Both the position numbers and the translations under genes were made by a program. Shown here one piece after another: positions 31,899-43,487 of a DNA stretch of 43,784 nt. The stretch covers positions 30,572 to 74,355 of the forward strand of contig BLSG01000302.1 of assembly GCA_012862495.1 (NCBI GenBank). Reading direction: 5' to 3'. The stretch's first letter is position 1. The number at the start of each line of letters is the position of its first letter. The notes under the pieces were generated by a model. The model saw nothing but the letters and a program-made list of their open reading frames with translations, ran no database searches and was not told where the DNA came from. This DNA comes from Thraustochytrium aureum (Eukaryota).

Positions 31899-34472
31899 CT
31901 AGTGCAGCTTCACCTGTGCCGCGCTCGCGTCGTCTGCGCGCTCGACGTAGTTGGACGGAAACACCCCAACAACGCCAGAGCGCAGTCGGCCCTCCCACCA
32001 GCCAGAGCTGTCCTGGCGCAAAACGTTGATGACATCCCCCACAGCAAAGCTGAGCTCGCCGGCCTCCGCCCCCTTGTACTCGTACAAAGCCACGGCGGCG
32101 AACAGCACCGGCGGCTGATCGTCCGGCGCCGGGGAGGTAGCGGAAGATTTAATCGGGGAACCAAGCCCAGCTCCCTGCGCGTTTGCCGCGGCCCCAGGCG
32201 CAGCGAGGGCAGCGAATTGGGCGGCAGAGGCCGGGGGCTCAGCGCCGCGCCTTGATCCGGCTGTGCTAGCGCTACACGTCGAGAGGTCTGTCGCCTCTTG
32301 CTGCTTGCGCGGCGGCACCATGGCCGCGGCGCCGCCCCTGGCTTTCCACTTCGGGTAGCACACGACCGCGGCAGCCACCAAGAGGCCCACAGCCGCAATC
32401 GACCCGATCACAATCCCTGCAATCGCGCCGCCGCTAAGGCCCGGCGCTCGGGCAACGAACAGGACGCCCTTCTGGCCGCGGTTGCTGAAATTGTTGTTCC
32501 GCGAGCTCATGTACCTGTGGACGCCTTGGTGGGGCTTGAGCAGTCCGGCGTCAAAGTATGGCGTCCTCGCCGCACTGAGTTTCATGCAGTTGCGGTGGTC
32601 GCGGTCCGTGGCGTCGTTGTTGTTATTGTTGAGCTCGCGCAGCGTAGCATACGGCAAGCACTGCGCGGGGTCGTGGATGGGCTGGTCCACGAACGCGAGG
32701 CGACGAAACAGCTCCCTGTCGCCGACAAACATGGAGAGCAGCCTCCCCTCGCGAAGCATCGCGTTCTCCCTCTCGTCCGCCATTTGCACCAAATTGGACC
32801 GGTCGCTCTTGCTCTGGTCGATGCTGACAGGGTTTGGCGGCCCCCCTCCGCGTTGTTCGGGTTGCGGTTCGGATTGTAGTCAGACCCGGTCCACTGCACG
32901 TGGATGCAGTCGGCCTCTGTGACGTTGAGATTGTTGGGCACAAAGTCGTACTCGACGGCCGGGTACGTCTGCACGATGTTGCCGCGCTTGCCGCGCACAT
33001 TGAGGTTGTAGATCTTGTCGCAGTCGGGCTCCGCAGGGCGTTCCTTGATGCGGAAGATGTGCGAGCGGTCCTGGAACGTGCGTCCGTACTGGTTCGTGTT
33101 GACCGCCAGGCCCAGTGCGCAGCTTTGCTCGTTGGCGTCGCACAGGTTTGACATGGAGAGGTAGACGCCTTCGGGGTTTTCGTCCCGATCCAGCAGCGGG
33201 CTCAGCTTGCCGTTCAGCTTGCTATCTGCGTACACCGGGGCGTGCATCTGGTCTGCGGAGCTCATGTTGTAGCGTACGCGGAGCACGCACCTGTCCTTGC
33301 CTGCCAGAAACGCCGGGATGGTCCAGTTGTAGTGAAACGGCTGGCCATCGCTGGCCACGTTGCCGAGGTGGTTGTCGCGCGAGAAGGCTCCCAGCACGCA
33401 CTCTGGCGCGGAGACGCCGTCGTACACCTTGCTCCACGCCGCGAAGGGCTTCCACGTGCCACCCTTTTCAACGCAGTGCCGCTCGTGGTTGGGCAGCTGC
33501 GCGATCCCTTGGCAGTCTTCGCAGTCGCAAAAGAACTTGTCCTTGACGTTCTGGGACTCTTGCTTGTCTGCCTCGCACTTGGTCGTGTTGCTCGTCACGA
33601 TTGCGACGTCGATCCACGGGCTGGGCTGCCAATAGGGATAGTACTCTGACTCCTCGGGGCATTCGAGGCCGTTGCGGTTCCCGTTGGGGTTTTGTCGGGT
33701 GAACCGTGCGTCGTTGCCCTTTACGTTTTGGTCGGCGACCCAGAGGCCCTTGTTCCGCTCCAGGTTTTTGCACCGCTCGTAGAATCGCAAGCTCTCGTGG
33801 CGCCCGTACCGGTAGTTGTCTTGGTCCGCAGCTGTTTCCGGGATGCGCTGCGTGTTGACCTCGTCGGTGTTGCTCACAGCGGTCCCGTCGCGCGGGTGGC
33901 ACGCCTTGGTTCCGTCCCCACCGCAGTCGTCTGTGAAACTGTACACGCCAGGGCTGTCCTCCTCGCAGGCGACCTGGATGATGATGTCCGAGTTCACCTT
34001 GGAGTTCGTCCCGCTGCCGTGTTGGGCGGTCCACTCGATGGGGAGGACCGAGCCGGCGAAGAAGTACATTTTCGGCGTGTTCACCGCCGTCGTGTCCTTC
34101 AGCNNNNNNNNNNNNNNNNNNNNNNNNNNNNNNNNNNNNNNNNNNNNNNNNNNNNNNNNNNNNNNNNNNNNNNNNNNNNNNNNNNNNNNNNNNNNNNNNN
34201 NNNNNNNNNNNTGCACGCGCAGCCTCGTCCAGCTCGGTGTAGCACGCAAACGGGTACGCAGCGCCGCACGAGTACCCGCCCTTGTCATTGTTCTGGCTAT
34301 CAAAGAGCCGCTGCGCCTCGTCGCCGCTTCGTTCAGCGCTATTGCTGTTGCGGCAGCCCCTCCCATTGCTCCCACGTGGGTTGTGCATGTACACATCGGC
34401 CCGCGCCGGGACGACGGCCAGCGCGGCGGCCACCACAAGAGCAGCAGCGGTGGCGGCCGACATCGCCACCAT
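31899..34472 (-). CDS. DD3-3-family protein with signal peptide, TM helix and C-terminal SH3 (copy 2); gap 34104-34211, apparent frameshift near 32841
   Basis: [111 protein letters not shown]3 [28 protein letters not shown]. Confidence 0.88.
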
Positions 34473-35592
34473 GGCACCAACAACAATCGAACGTGGCCAA
34501 AGACCTGGCGCAAGAGCAAGATCGCCGCGTCCCGTCACGCGAACAGAGCAAGTAGAGTCGCGCACACGCTGGCAGCGCGAGCTCCGGCGCGCTCGCCGAG
34601 TTGCGTTTCTGCCGTGCAATGGCGCTCAAGCGCGTTCTGAGTACCGTAAGTATGTTATACGGTGTAGTGCTGGTACACTCATTGAACGCCTGTCGGACAC
34701 CCATCCTTCCGCCATCATGGTCGGCGACGTGGCCCTGCGCTCGCTGCGCTGCGCTGCGGGCAGGCACGCTCGCGCGACGAGACACAGCCAGACTGGCCGC
34801 GATGCCGCCGATGGAGTGGGCTGCGGTGGTTGTTTTTTGTCTTGGCGGCCGTCATGGTGGACTTGACTTGGTCTACGTGCTGCGTTGCGTCGAACGCTCC
34901 TCGCCGAGCCCCACTCGTCGAGCTCGGGCGTGCGGCCTTGCTCGGGCTGTGGCGAACGCGCCGGGACAGCTCGACGGATCGAGCGATTTGGATGCGCCAT
35001 GAAGAACAGCGTTCGTTTTGGCCCGAAAGAATGGCGCAACAAGGCTGCGAGCGATGCGCGATCAAGGTGAGGCTTGCAGCAGCCTTCCAGGCGCACTCAT
35101 CAGTGCGCCCTCGCAGCACGCCTTCGTCAGAGAGCCCTCGCACTCCGTTCATCAGCAAGCGAGCAGTGCGGGAGCTCTCAGCCAGGCGTGGCGTCCAGGC
35201 CGACGCCGTTGAGAAAGAGCCGTTTTGATTGAACAGCATCGCGAGCTGTTTTCGCCGAACGTCGCGCATCTTTGCCCGCCTCCAGTGAAGGCTGATCGCG
35301 CCCAGCGTCAGGGGAGCCCCGGGCCGGGTGAAACGCCCCTGCCGGCAGTTCCTCGGCAGCACGCACGCTCCGAGTTGTCGAGGCTTCTCGGAGGTTTTGT
35401 GTGCGTTGAACATTCGGGACGGCGACGTTGCATAAAGTGCCAACCATCCACGGCAGACTCGCAACGCTCACCAGCAAGCTGCACCAGCAAACGGCAAGCA
35501 GCAGCAGGAGACCAATACGGAGGAGGTCTGGCTGCGCACGGCGCTGGGGCTTTGGGGTCTGAGCGTCCGGTTTGAGTGCTCGTTTGAACGCG

Positions 35593-37837
35593 ATGGGGTC
35601 GGGCAACTCGACGTTGACGCACGAAGAGCTCGAGGCTGAGCTGACGGACAAAGAGCGGAGGAGCTGGAGATTGTAAGGAATGCCTGGAAGGGCGGCGAGG
35701 GACCGACGATTGAGGCGCAGAGGCGGGCCGAGGTGGTCGGGTTCGTGGAGGAGTTGCTCCTCGATCGGATTGCAAGATCGTGCCCTGCCACCCTTCGCGT
35801 CACCGTGGTGCAAGGCATCAAGCTCCAGAGCGGGGACGCTGCGAGCGAGGCGGACGCGTATGTCGTGGTCCGCGTGGCTGGTCAGGAATGCAGGACGCGC
35901 GTCGTGGACAACTCGGCCAGTCCAATGTGGAACGAAAAGATGGTGTTTGACAACCCTGGCGCGCGTGTCGGCGACACGCTAGAACTGCGCGTTATGGACA
36001 GCGACTGGTTCTCATCAGACGACAACGTTGGCGAGGCCTCGCTGGTCATCCAGCCGCGGCGTGCGCTGAGCACCGAGCCCATCCAGCTCGTGTTGACCGG
36101 AGGCCGCGGCGCCATCGTTGTCTCCTATTGCCNNNNNNNNNNNNNNNNNNNNNNNNNNNNNNNNNNNNNNNNNNNNNNNNNNNNNNNNNNNNNNNNNNNN
36201 NNNNNNNNNNNNNNNNNNNNNNNNNNNNNNNNNNNNNNNNNNNNNNNNNNNNNNNNNNNNNNNNNNNNNNNNNNNNNNNNNNNNNNNNNNNNNNNNNNNN
36301 NNNNNNNNNNNNNNNNNNNNNNNNNNNNNNNNNNNNNNNNNNNNNNNNNNNNNNNNNNNNNNNNNNNNNNNNNNNNNNNNNNNNNNNNNNNNNNNNNNNN
36401 NNNNNNNNNNNNNNNNNNNNNNNNNNNNNNNNNNNNNNNNNNNNNNNNNNNNNNNNNNNNNNNNNNNNNNNNNNNNNNNNNNNNNNNNNNNNNNNNNNNN
36501 NNNNNNNNNNNNNNNNNNNNNNNNNNNNNNNNNNNNNNNNNNNNNNNNNNNNNNNNNNNNNNNNNNNNNNNNNNNNNNNNNNNNNNNNNNNNNNNNNNNN
36601 NNNNNNNNNNNNNNNNNNNNNNNNNNNNNNNNNNNNNNNNNNNNNNNNNNNNNNNNNNNNNNNNNNNNNNNNNNNNNNNNNNNNNNNNNNNNNNNNNNNN
36701 NNNNNNNNNNNNNNNNNNNNNNNNNNNNNNNNNNNNNNNNNNNNNNNNNNNNNNNNNNNNNNNNNNNNNNNNNNNNNNNNNNNNNNNNNNNNNNNNNNNN
36801 NNNNNNNNNNNNNNNNNNNNNNNNNNNNNNNNNNNNNNNNNNNNNNNNNNNNNNNNNNNNNNNNNNNNNNNNNNNNNNNNNNNNNNNNNNNNNNNNNNNN
36901 NNNNNNNNNNNNNNNCGCCCTTGCGGCGCTCGGTCTGTCCAGGAGCGATGCCGCAGTCCGCGTTGTCTGCGTCGGAGATGACATGCGCTGCGTTCCCTTG
37001 GAGACCATCTCGGAGGTTTACGGTCCAAGCTGCTGCATCCCAGAGCCGGAACTTGTCGGCCCTTGCTTGGCGGCAGAACCCGGGCCGCCGCTCGCAGAGG
37101 GCGCCAGCGGCACCTCTGTTGCTGAGCTGCAGAGGTTTCTCGCTCGCTACGGCTTCTTCGCTGGCGAGGCAGACGGTGTGTTTGGGGCGGAGCTCGCGAC
37201 CGCTTTGCGCGGGTTCCAAAAGTTTGTCGGCGTCGCCTCGGACGGGGTTCTCGGCCCGGCCACGCGCAGCGCCATGCGGTTGATTCGCGCGGACCAAGCG
37301 CCCGACGCGTGCAGCGAGGCCGTGGATTCGCCCAAATTCGAGCGCGGCGCGCAGATCGCCTATGTGGTGGGTCCCTGTCCGGGCTACCTGGACCGCGACG
37401 AGGTCCTCGAGGAGGTGGGCGCTGCGCTTGGCCAGTGGGCCGCAGTAGCGGGGATCGACTTTGTTCTAGGCGGCCCGGAAGGCGGTGGCGCCCCTCTTCT
37501 GACTATTAGGTGGCGCGACCGGACTGGCGACAACGAGCGCATTTTTGACGGCCCCGGCGGGGCTATTGCGCACGCGAGCGCCGACGCGATCGAGCTGGAC
37601 GCTAGCGAGCGCTGGCACATCCAGACGAGCCGGCTTCGCCCTGGCACTGCGCATCGTTCCAAAGCGGTGACCTTCAGTCTCCTCGCCGTCATGCTACACG
37701 AGGTGGGCCACTTTCTGGGCCTTCACGCCCACTCCGACGACGTCCAAGACGTCATGAGCCCATTCTACGCTGCAAACCGCACTGCGCTCTCGCCCGGTGA
37801 CGTCGCACGTGCTACGGCTCTCTTCGGGTCGCCGTGA
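35593..37837 (+). CDS. C2 domain plus peptidoglycan-binding-like prodomain plus matrixin (M10) metallopeptidase; fusion inferred across gap 36133-36915; apparent frameshift near 35657
   Basis: C2: LRVTVVQG..DAYVVV..RTRVVDNSASPMWNE..LELRVMDSDWFSSDDNVGE. PGBD: VAELQRFLARYGF..DGVFG..ALRGFQ..DGVLGPAT. M10: FDGPGGAIAHA, LDASERW, HEVGHFLGL and Met-turn VMSPFY. Confidence 0.75.
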
Positions 37838-38066
37838 CGCGGCCGCGGCCACAGAATGGTGCGAAAGATGAACACCCAGTGAGCGAGCTCTGGGACATCG
37901 TCTAGTTGCGACGCCATTCGAATCAACTGTGGGGCGCCAGTAGCCTGGCCTCGTGCAAACTCGTCTCGTTCAGGGTGCTTTGCACGAGCAGCAGCTCCCG
38001 ATGAGCGATACTAGCATTGATAAAGGAATAGCAGCGCCGCCGAGCGCCACGATGCTTGGCAAACGC

Positions 38067-38229
38067 AGCTCGCGCTGTGTCACGTTCAATCAACTCTTGT
38101 GGCGTTGCACGCACCGAGCTCATGCGCTGTTACACGTTCAATCAACTCTTGTGGCGTTGAACGCATCTAGCTCGTGCGCTGTGTCACGTTCAATCAACTT
38201 CTTGTGGCGTTGCACGCATCTAGCCCGTG
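38067..38229. repeat. About 52-bp tandem repeat, 3 copies
   Basis: Core CACGTTCAATCAACT(T)CTTGTGGCGTTG(C/A)ACGCA in units starting near 38067, 38117 and 38169. Confidence 0.9.
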
Positions 38230-38428
38230 TTTACCTGGTTTGGCGTTGAACACCACGACAAGGAATCCACCAGTACACTTTCTTGCAGCAGGAGTACAGC
38301 CTTGTTCCGCCACGACCCGTCTCGCTCGGCGGCGCACTCCAGCGGCGCTGCAAGTTGCGCGCACGGGGCTAGGCTTCGGCTCGCGAGGTCGTTGCACGGC
38401 CTCCGCGCGGTTGGCGGCCCGAGGTGGG

Positions 38429-41402
38429 ATGGCGCAGCAGAATCGACGCGGGAAGCTCCCGCAGCTCGACCTGAAAGGCCTGGCAGACGACGCCGAGGCG
38501 ACCGGTGGCGTGGAGGCCAAGCGGAACGGTAAGGGGACCCGCGGCAAGCTAGAGGAGCCCGTGGTCATGGAGCTGGACCGCGATGACCTCTTTTATGAGC
38601 TGGTGCGTGCGGTACAGGAAGACAACGTTGTCTTGCTTGGATCACTGCTGCAGATCGTGGGCCTCTCGGACGTCTGCCAACTGGACCCCCGACTCGGCTC
38701 GGTAAGCTATGGCACCACCCCTTTGCACGTGTGCCGCAGCGCGAGCACCGCGTCTCTGTTGCTCGACTTTGGCGTCCCCGTCGACATCGAGGGTGCCTGC
38801 AACAGCACGGCGCTGATTACGTGCTGCAAGTACCCGCGCGTGGTCTCCCTGCTGCTCAAGCGCGGCGCCAAGCTGGAGCACTGCACCCACGAGGGCTCCA
38901 CCGCGCTCCACCACGCCGTGCTGAACGACGCCCTCGAAAGCGCCAAGATCCTCGTCAAAGCTGGCGCAGACGTCAACCGCCAAGACAAGAGCGGGAACGC
39001 CGCGATGCACATGGTCGGCACTCTGGATATGGCAAAGTTTCTCCTCGCCAATGGGGCCAACCCCACGATGGTGAACAACGAGGACAAAATTCCGCTGGAA
39101 GAGGCGGTCGCTAAAGGGCGCCACTTCTCGTGCATGGAAGTCGCCGCCTTCCTCCTGGACGTTTCCGAGACAAGCAACCGCACGCGAACCCAGCAACTGC
39201 TGGACGCGCTCACCTCGCATGTGCTTCAAGTCGGCAAGGAGACAGAGGCCAAAGTCTTCGAGGACGGGACGGTGATTCCGATCAGGACACACGACTCGGG
39301 CGAGAGCAGCTGCGACGAGGAAAAGGTGGCCTTTGAATCACACGAGTCCTACGACGCGCGCGACAAGTGGCGAGCCGTCAAGCGGCGTGTTTTCGGCGGC
39401 AAGGTCAAATTGGTAAAGTTTCGCCAAACCAAGGATGGGCTCAAGGAGTGGGCCACAGGGCGCCGTGCCGCCTTTGCGCGCCGGTCGCACTCGCTCGACG
39501 AAAAGTCGCGCGCTGCCAAGGCCGAGTTCTTTCTGGTAAGTGTAGCGGTTGCTGTTGCTTGTGGTGGTGCGCGGCTTGCGACGAGCCTCGCCCGGCGGCG
39601 CTGACGCCGTTGCCACGCGAAGAGCTTCTTCGAGCTCATGGTCAAGGAGCAGCCAAGCCTTGCAGCTCGCATCCTCGATCGCCAGCGCGAGCTCCTGTAC
39701 CAGCGGCATGGGTGCAAAACCTACGCGTACTCGTTTGATTTGATCGGCACGCCGCTGCGCACCACCAGCGCGGTCAAGGCGATGGTAAAGTACAACCGCT
39801 ACGAGCTGGTTGCGCACCCCGTCGTCCAATGGCAGGTAGGTTTTACCATTGCTTCTCTTTCGAGCGCGCTGCCGCTCGCTCCAGCTCGCTGACGCTGCCC
39901 GCAATCGCCCACCACCGTCTCCAGATCACGGCCAAGTTTATTCTGCTGACGAGGTACCTGCTGTACTTTGAGTTTGTCCTTTCGTCGATCTTTGCGCTCC
40001 TCATCCTCGTCACCTTCTCTGCGGAGCGCAACCATCTCTCGCGGTGGAGTGCCGCTCTCCTCGGAGGCGGGGCCCTGACAGCGCCAAGCCAAGAGAATGC
40101 AGAGGCTGCCGGCATGATGCTGCTCGAGGTCGCGCTCTTGGGCCTCAATACGCGGTTTCTGTTGACGCACCTCGTCCACTGGAGAAGTGCCACTGTGCAC
40201 ATCAAGAGCCGCAAGGAGCGCTTCCAGCGGTTCTTCAAGGGCTGCGAAGACTCGCTGGGGTCGCTCTACGTTTTGCCGCACTGGCTCATCTTTGCGCGAG
40301 AGTACATCACCAACAGTGAGAGCTCCGAGTCGTCCATCCAGCTGGCGCGAGTGTTGAGTGCGGTTGCCTTCTTTGCCGTCTTCATTCGGTGTTTCAGCTA
40401 TGCCGAGGGGCTATACGAGGGCTTTGGCCTAACGATTTGCACGATCCGCCGCATGTTTCTCGACTGTCAGACGTACTTTCAGGTTCTTGTCGCATTCATC
40501 GTCNNNNNNNNNNNNNNNNNNNNNNNNNNNNNNNNNNNNNNNNNNNNNNNNNNNNNNNNNNNNNNNNNNNNNNNNNNNNNNNNNNNNNNNNNNNNNNNNN
40601 NNNNNNNNNNNNNNNNNNNNNNNNNNNNNNNNNNNNNNNNNNNNNNNNNNNNNNNNNNNNNNNNNNNNNNNNNNNNNNNNNNNNNNNNNNNNNNNNNNNN
40701 NNNNNNNNNNNNNNNNNNNNNNNNNNNNNNNNNNNNNNNNNNNNNNNNNNNNNNNNNNNNNNNNNNNNNNNNNNNNNNNNNNNNNNNNNNNNNNNNNNNN
40801 NNNNNNNNNNNNNNNNNNNNNNNNNNNNNNNNNNNNNNNNNNNNNNNNNNNNNNNNNNNNNNNNNNNNNNNNNNNNNNNNNNNNNNNNNNNNNNNNNNNN
40901 NNNNNNNNNNNNNNNNNNNNNNNNNNNNNNNNNNNNNNNNNNNNNNNNNNNNNNNNNNNNNNNNNNNNNNNNNNNNNNNNNNNNNNNNNNNNNNNNNNNN
41001 NNNNNNNNNNNNNNNNNNNNNNNNNNNNNNNNNNNNNNNNNNNNNNNNNNNNNNNNNNNNNNNNNNNNNNNNNNNNNNNNNNNNNNNNNNNNNNNNNNNN
41101 NNNNNNNNNNNNNNNNNNNNNNNNNNNNNNNNNNNNNNNNNNNNNNNNNNNNNNNNNNNNNNNNNNNNNNNNNNNNNNNTCCAGACGCAGGCGCACGGAT
41201 ATCAGCTACTGCGGACGAAGAAGGTTCTGGGCAGTTCTCTCGGCAATCCTGCCGGCCCGGCTCGCCTCGCGGCAGAGCGCGCTCCTCGTCTGGCCAAACG
41301 GACGTGCTCGAGTCCCTTGGCCACATTGAGGCCGCGCAGAACGACGTGCTGACGCGGCTGCTCAGCCTTGAGCGCAAAGTCGACAAGGCGGTGACTCGCT
41401 AG
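38429..41402 (+). CDS. Ankyrin-repeat TRP-like cation channel; introns 39536-39622 and 39836-39924; gap 40504-41179
   Basis: Ankyrin repeats (GTTPLHV, STALIT, GSTALHHA, GNAAMH, KIPLEEA). Pre-S1-like LVAHPVVQWQ|ITAKF, several TM helices, S4-S5-like GFGLTICTIRRMFLDCQTYFQVLVAFIV and a terminal coiled coil. Confidence 0.8.
39536..39622 (+). other. Spliceosomal intron (87 nt)
   Basis: GTAAGT donor, CTGAC at 39601, AAG acceptor; joins EFFL|SFFELM in frame. Confidence 0.75.
39836..39924 (+). other. Spliceosomal intron (89 nt)
   Basis: GTAGGT donor, CTGAC at 39888, CAG acceptor; joins QWQ|ITAKF in frame. Confidence 0.8.
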
Positions 41403-41525
41403 CTCTAGAGATGAACGCTCGCGGACGCGGGGCAAGAGGAAAACGAGTTGCTTTCATAATACAGTAGAGTACTCCCTTACATGCTGGCGTCGGCAGAGCG
41501 TGATGCCAGGCCCGCCGCGCTCGAA

Positions 41526-43382
41526 CTAGCGGTCCACGGTGGCAGCCCTGCCAGCGGCGGGTGGGCCACCCAGCCTGCTGAGCGCTGCTGCCTCGCGCGC
41601 ACCTAGGCCAAGCGCTGCGGCGTCAGCGCTCTCAAAGAAGATCAGCGCAGACTGCAACGTCGTCAAGCAGTAACCTGCGCGAGATACCAAGGCGTCGGGG
41701 TCGCGGAACGTGCGAATAAACTCGGCGTGACTGAGCAGAGCAGGCACGCGGGCGCCCAGGACCGCGAAGAAGAATGCCGGCACAAACTCGTCCGCGCCGA
41801 GCCCCGCCGAGCCCTGGCCCCTCTCGCGATCGCGAGACCCAAACACGTCCGCTGAGCTGGCCGCCGCGGAGACGTGGCGCGCTGAAAAGGACCGTACGTT
41901 CGATGCGCGGTTTGAGATAGCCAGCACGTTGAATATAATCGAGCAAGCGCGCTCGATGCATAGCAGCTTGTCGAGTGGGGAGACCTTGTGGACCATTCCG
42001 CGCAACTCCTCGCGGACGAGTATGAGCATCACCTCGTTTCGACAAGCGCGGGGAACCTCGAGCCCCTCGGCAGTGACTAGCGCGCTGAGACCGTCCATCC
42101 GCGCCTCGAGCGCCCTCGCTCGCGCAGCCAGGACGGGGTCGGCTTCAAACGCAATATTGTACAGCGCACTCAAGACGTATTTTTCAACGCCGTCCCTTGC
42201 GACGCTCCGCTCGTCCTCTGAGGCGCTGCTCCAGAACGGGTGCGAGCCAATGGCATCCTCCATGTCCGCCAGAAAGTCTGCGATCCGGCGCTCGACGCGC
42301 TTGGCGTACTCCGTGTCGAGGTGGTCGCCGCCGTGCTGCGAGCGGTCAGCGTGCTCAAGCTGGCAGCTTACTATAAAGTGTTTGAGCTTGCGCACCAGCT
42401 CGGTTGCCTCTGGCCTTCGCAGCGTCTCGAGGAACGCAGAGTACTTGCGATCAGATGCTGCCTGTGCGTCCTCGGCAGCGCCGCCCTTTGTGCTAGTGTG
42501 GCCGCGGTCTCGTCCTCTTGGGACCGGCGGTCGCCAACCTCTGCGTTTCTCGTTTCGCGCCGCTCTTCCTCATCAAACAGCAAGTTGAACTTGTCCGCGG
42601 CGGGCTTCTTGGCGCCGCTGGGGTCGTCGACCTCGTCGCTCCCAAAGCTCGCAAGCAGGCCCGCCATGAGCGAGGCTGCGTCCCTCTGGCCGCTGACTGC
42701 GCGCTGTGTCGCCCCTGCTGACCGGCTCGCGCTCTCGCCCAGGCCTTCGCGGCCGCCTTGGCGAGGTTCGCGGCCGTTGTGGGCCTGGGTATCGCGCCAA
42801 GCTCCCGGAAGCGAGCTCCCAGCGTGCTGCGCGGCCCCGGTCGGCAGGAGCGGCCACGCCAGCATCGAGCGAGCCTGCGTGAGACTTGCCAGCATCGAGC
42901 GAGCCTGCGCGAGACTTGCTGCTGCTCGCGCGAGCCCATGTCGCGTGCTCCCATGGGAAGAGGGGGCTGTTGGGCGAATCGGGCGCCGAAGCGAGCTCGG
43001 ACACCTTCGCGTTGACCGCGGGCTCCGCCGCCCGTGTCGCCGCGCCCTGCCAGTGGCAGGCAGCTGTGGAAACGGCATCTAGTACGGCATCTTCTCCAGC
43101 CGGGGCCCCGCCGCGCCGTTCGGAGCTGTCTGCCAGCCGACCGACTGCGAGTCCGGGTGGGACGCGTGCTGGTGGTGAGGGCTCAACTTCGAGCTCGTCC
43201 TCGCCTTCGTCCTCGTCCAAGACAACGCCGGACTCGCCAGCCAGCAGCGCGCCAGCAACGCGGCGAAAGTGCGCAGCGCCGGCCGCTTCGTCCGCGCCGA
43301 ACAGCGGCTGCCGCACAGGAGGGCGGCCGCCCGCGTCTGGCATCGCGGGGGGCACAACCGCGACGTTGCGACTCTGCGACAT
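41526..43382 (-). CDS. VPS9-domain Rab5 GEF (Rabex-5/Vps9-like) with disordered N-terminus; apparent frameshifts between about 42490 and 42830
   Basis: FLETLRRPEATELVRKLKHFI, HPFW..DGVEKYV, SPLDKLLCI, GADEFVP, HAEFIRTF..GYCLTTLQSALIF. Start position is uncertain. Confidence 0.85.
42858..42919 (-). repeat. 30-bp coding tandem duplication (KSRAGSLDAG / KSHAGSLDAG)
   Basis: GCCAGCATCGAGCGAGCCTGCG(T/C)GAGACTT x2. Confidence 0.85.
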
Positions 43383-43487
43383 TCATTCGCCAGGTCGCTG
43401 TCCGCATCCGGGTCTCGCAGAGCTCAATCGCTCTCGCCCGCGCGGCGCGGAGGCGCGGAGGCGCGGAGGCGCGCCGGGGTCGCGCAG

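Noticed and set aside
37100..37280. Peptidoglycan-binding domain as evidence of bacterial contamination or a phage lysin
   Set aside because: A PGBD-like fold is the normal MMP prodomain, and the flanking genes are eukaryotic with spliceosomal introns.
38067..38229. CRISPR-like array
   Set aside because: The units repeat along their full length with no unique spacers, no cas genes are present and the context is eukaryotic.
414..42830. Pervasive frameshifts in conserved genes suggesting programmed frameshifting, RNA editing or mass pseudogenisation
   Set aside because: The breaks I could resolve are fixed by +/-1 base in a short homopolymer (about 414, 7296, 12667, 16870, 19274, 32841, 35657) or a dinucleotide run (18514). 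They go in both directions with no shared slippery motif and no in-frame stops, and the paralogous DD3-3 copy is intact at the equivalent site. Sequencing or assembly error is the simplest explanation; read or RNA-seq mapping would confirm.
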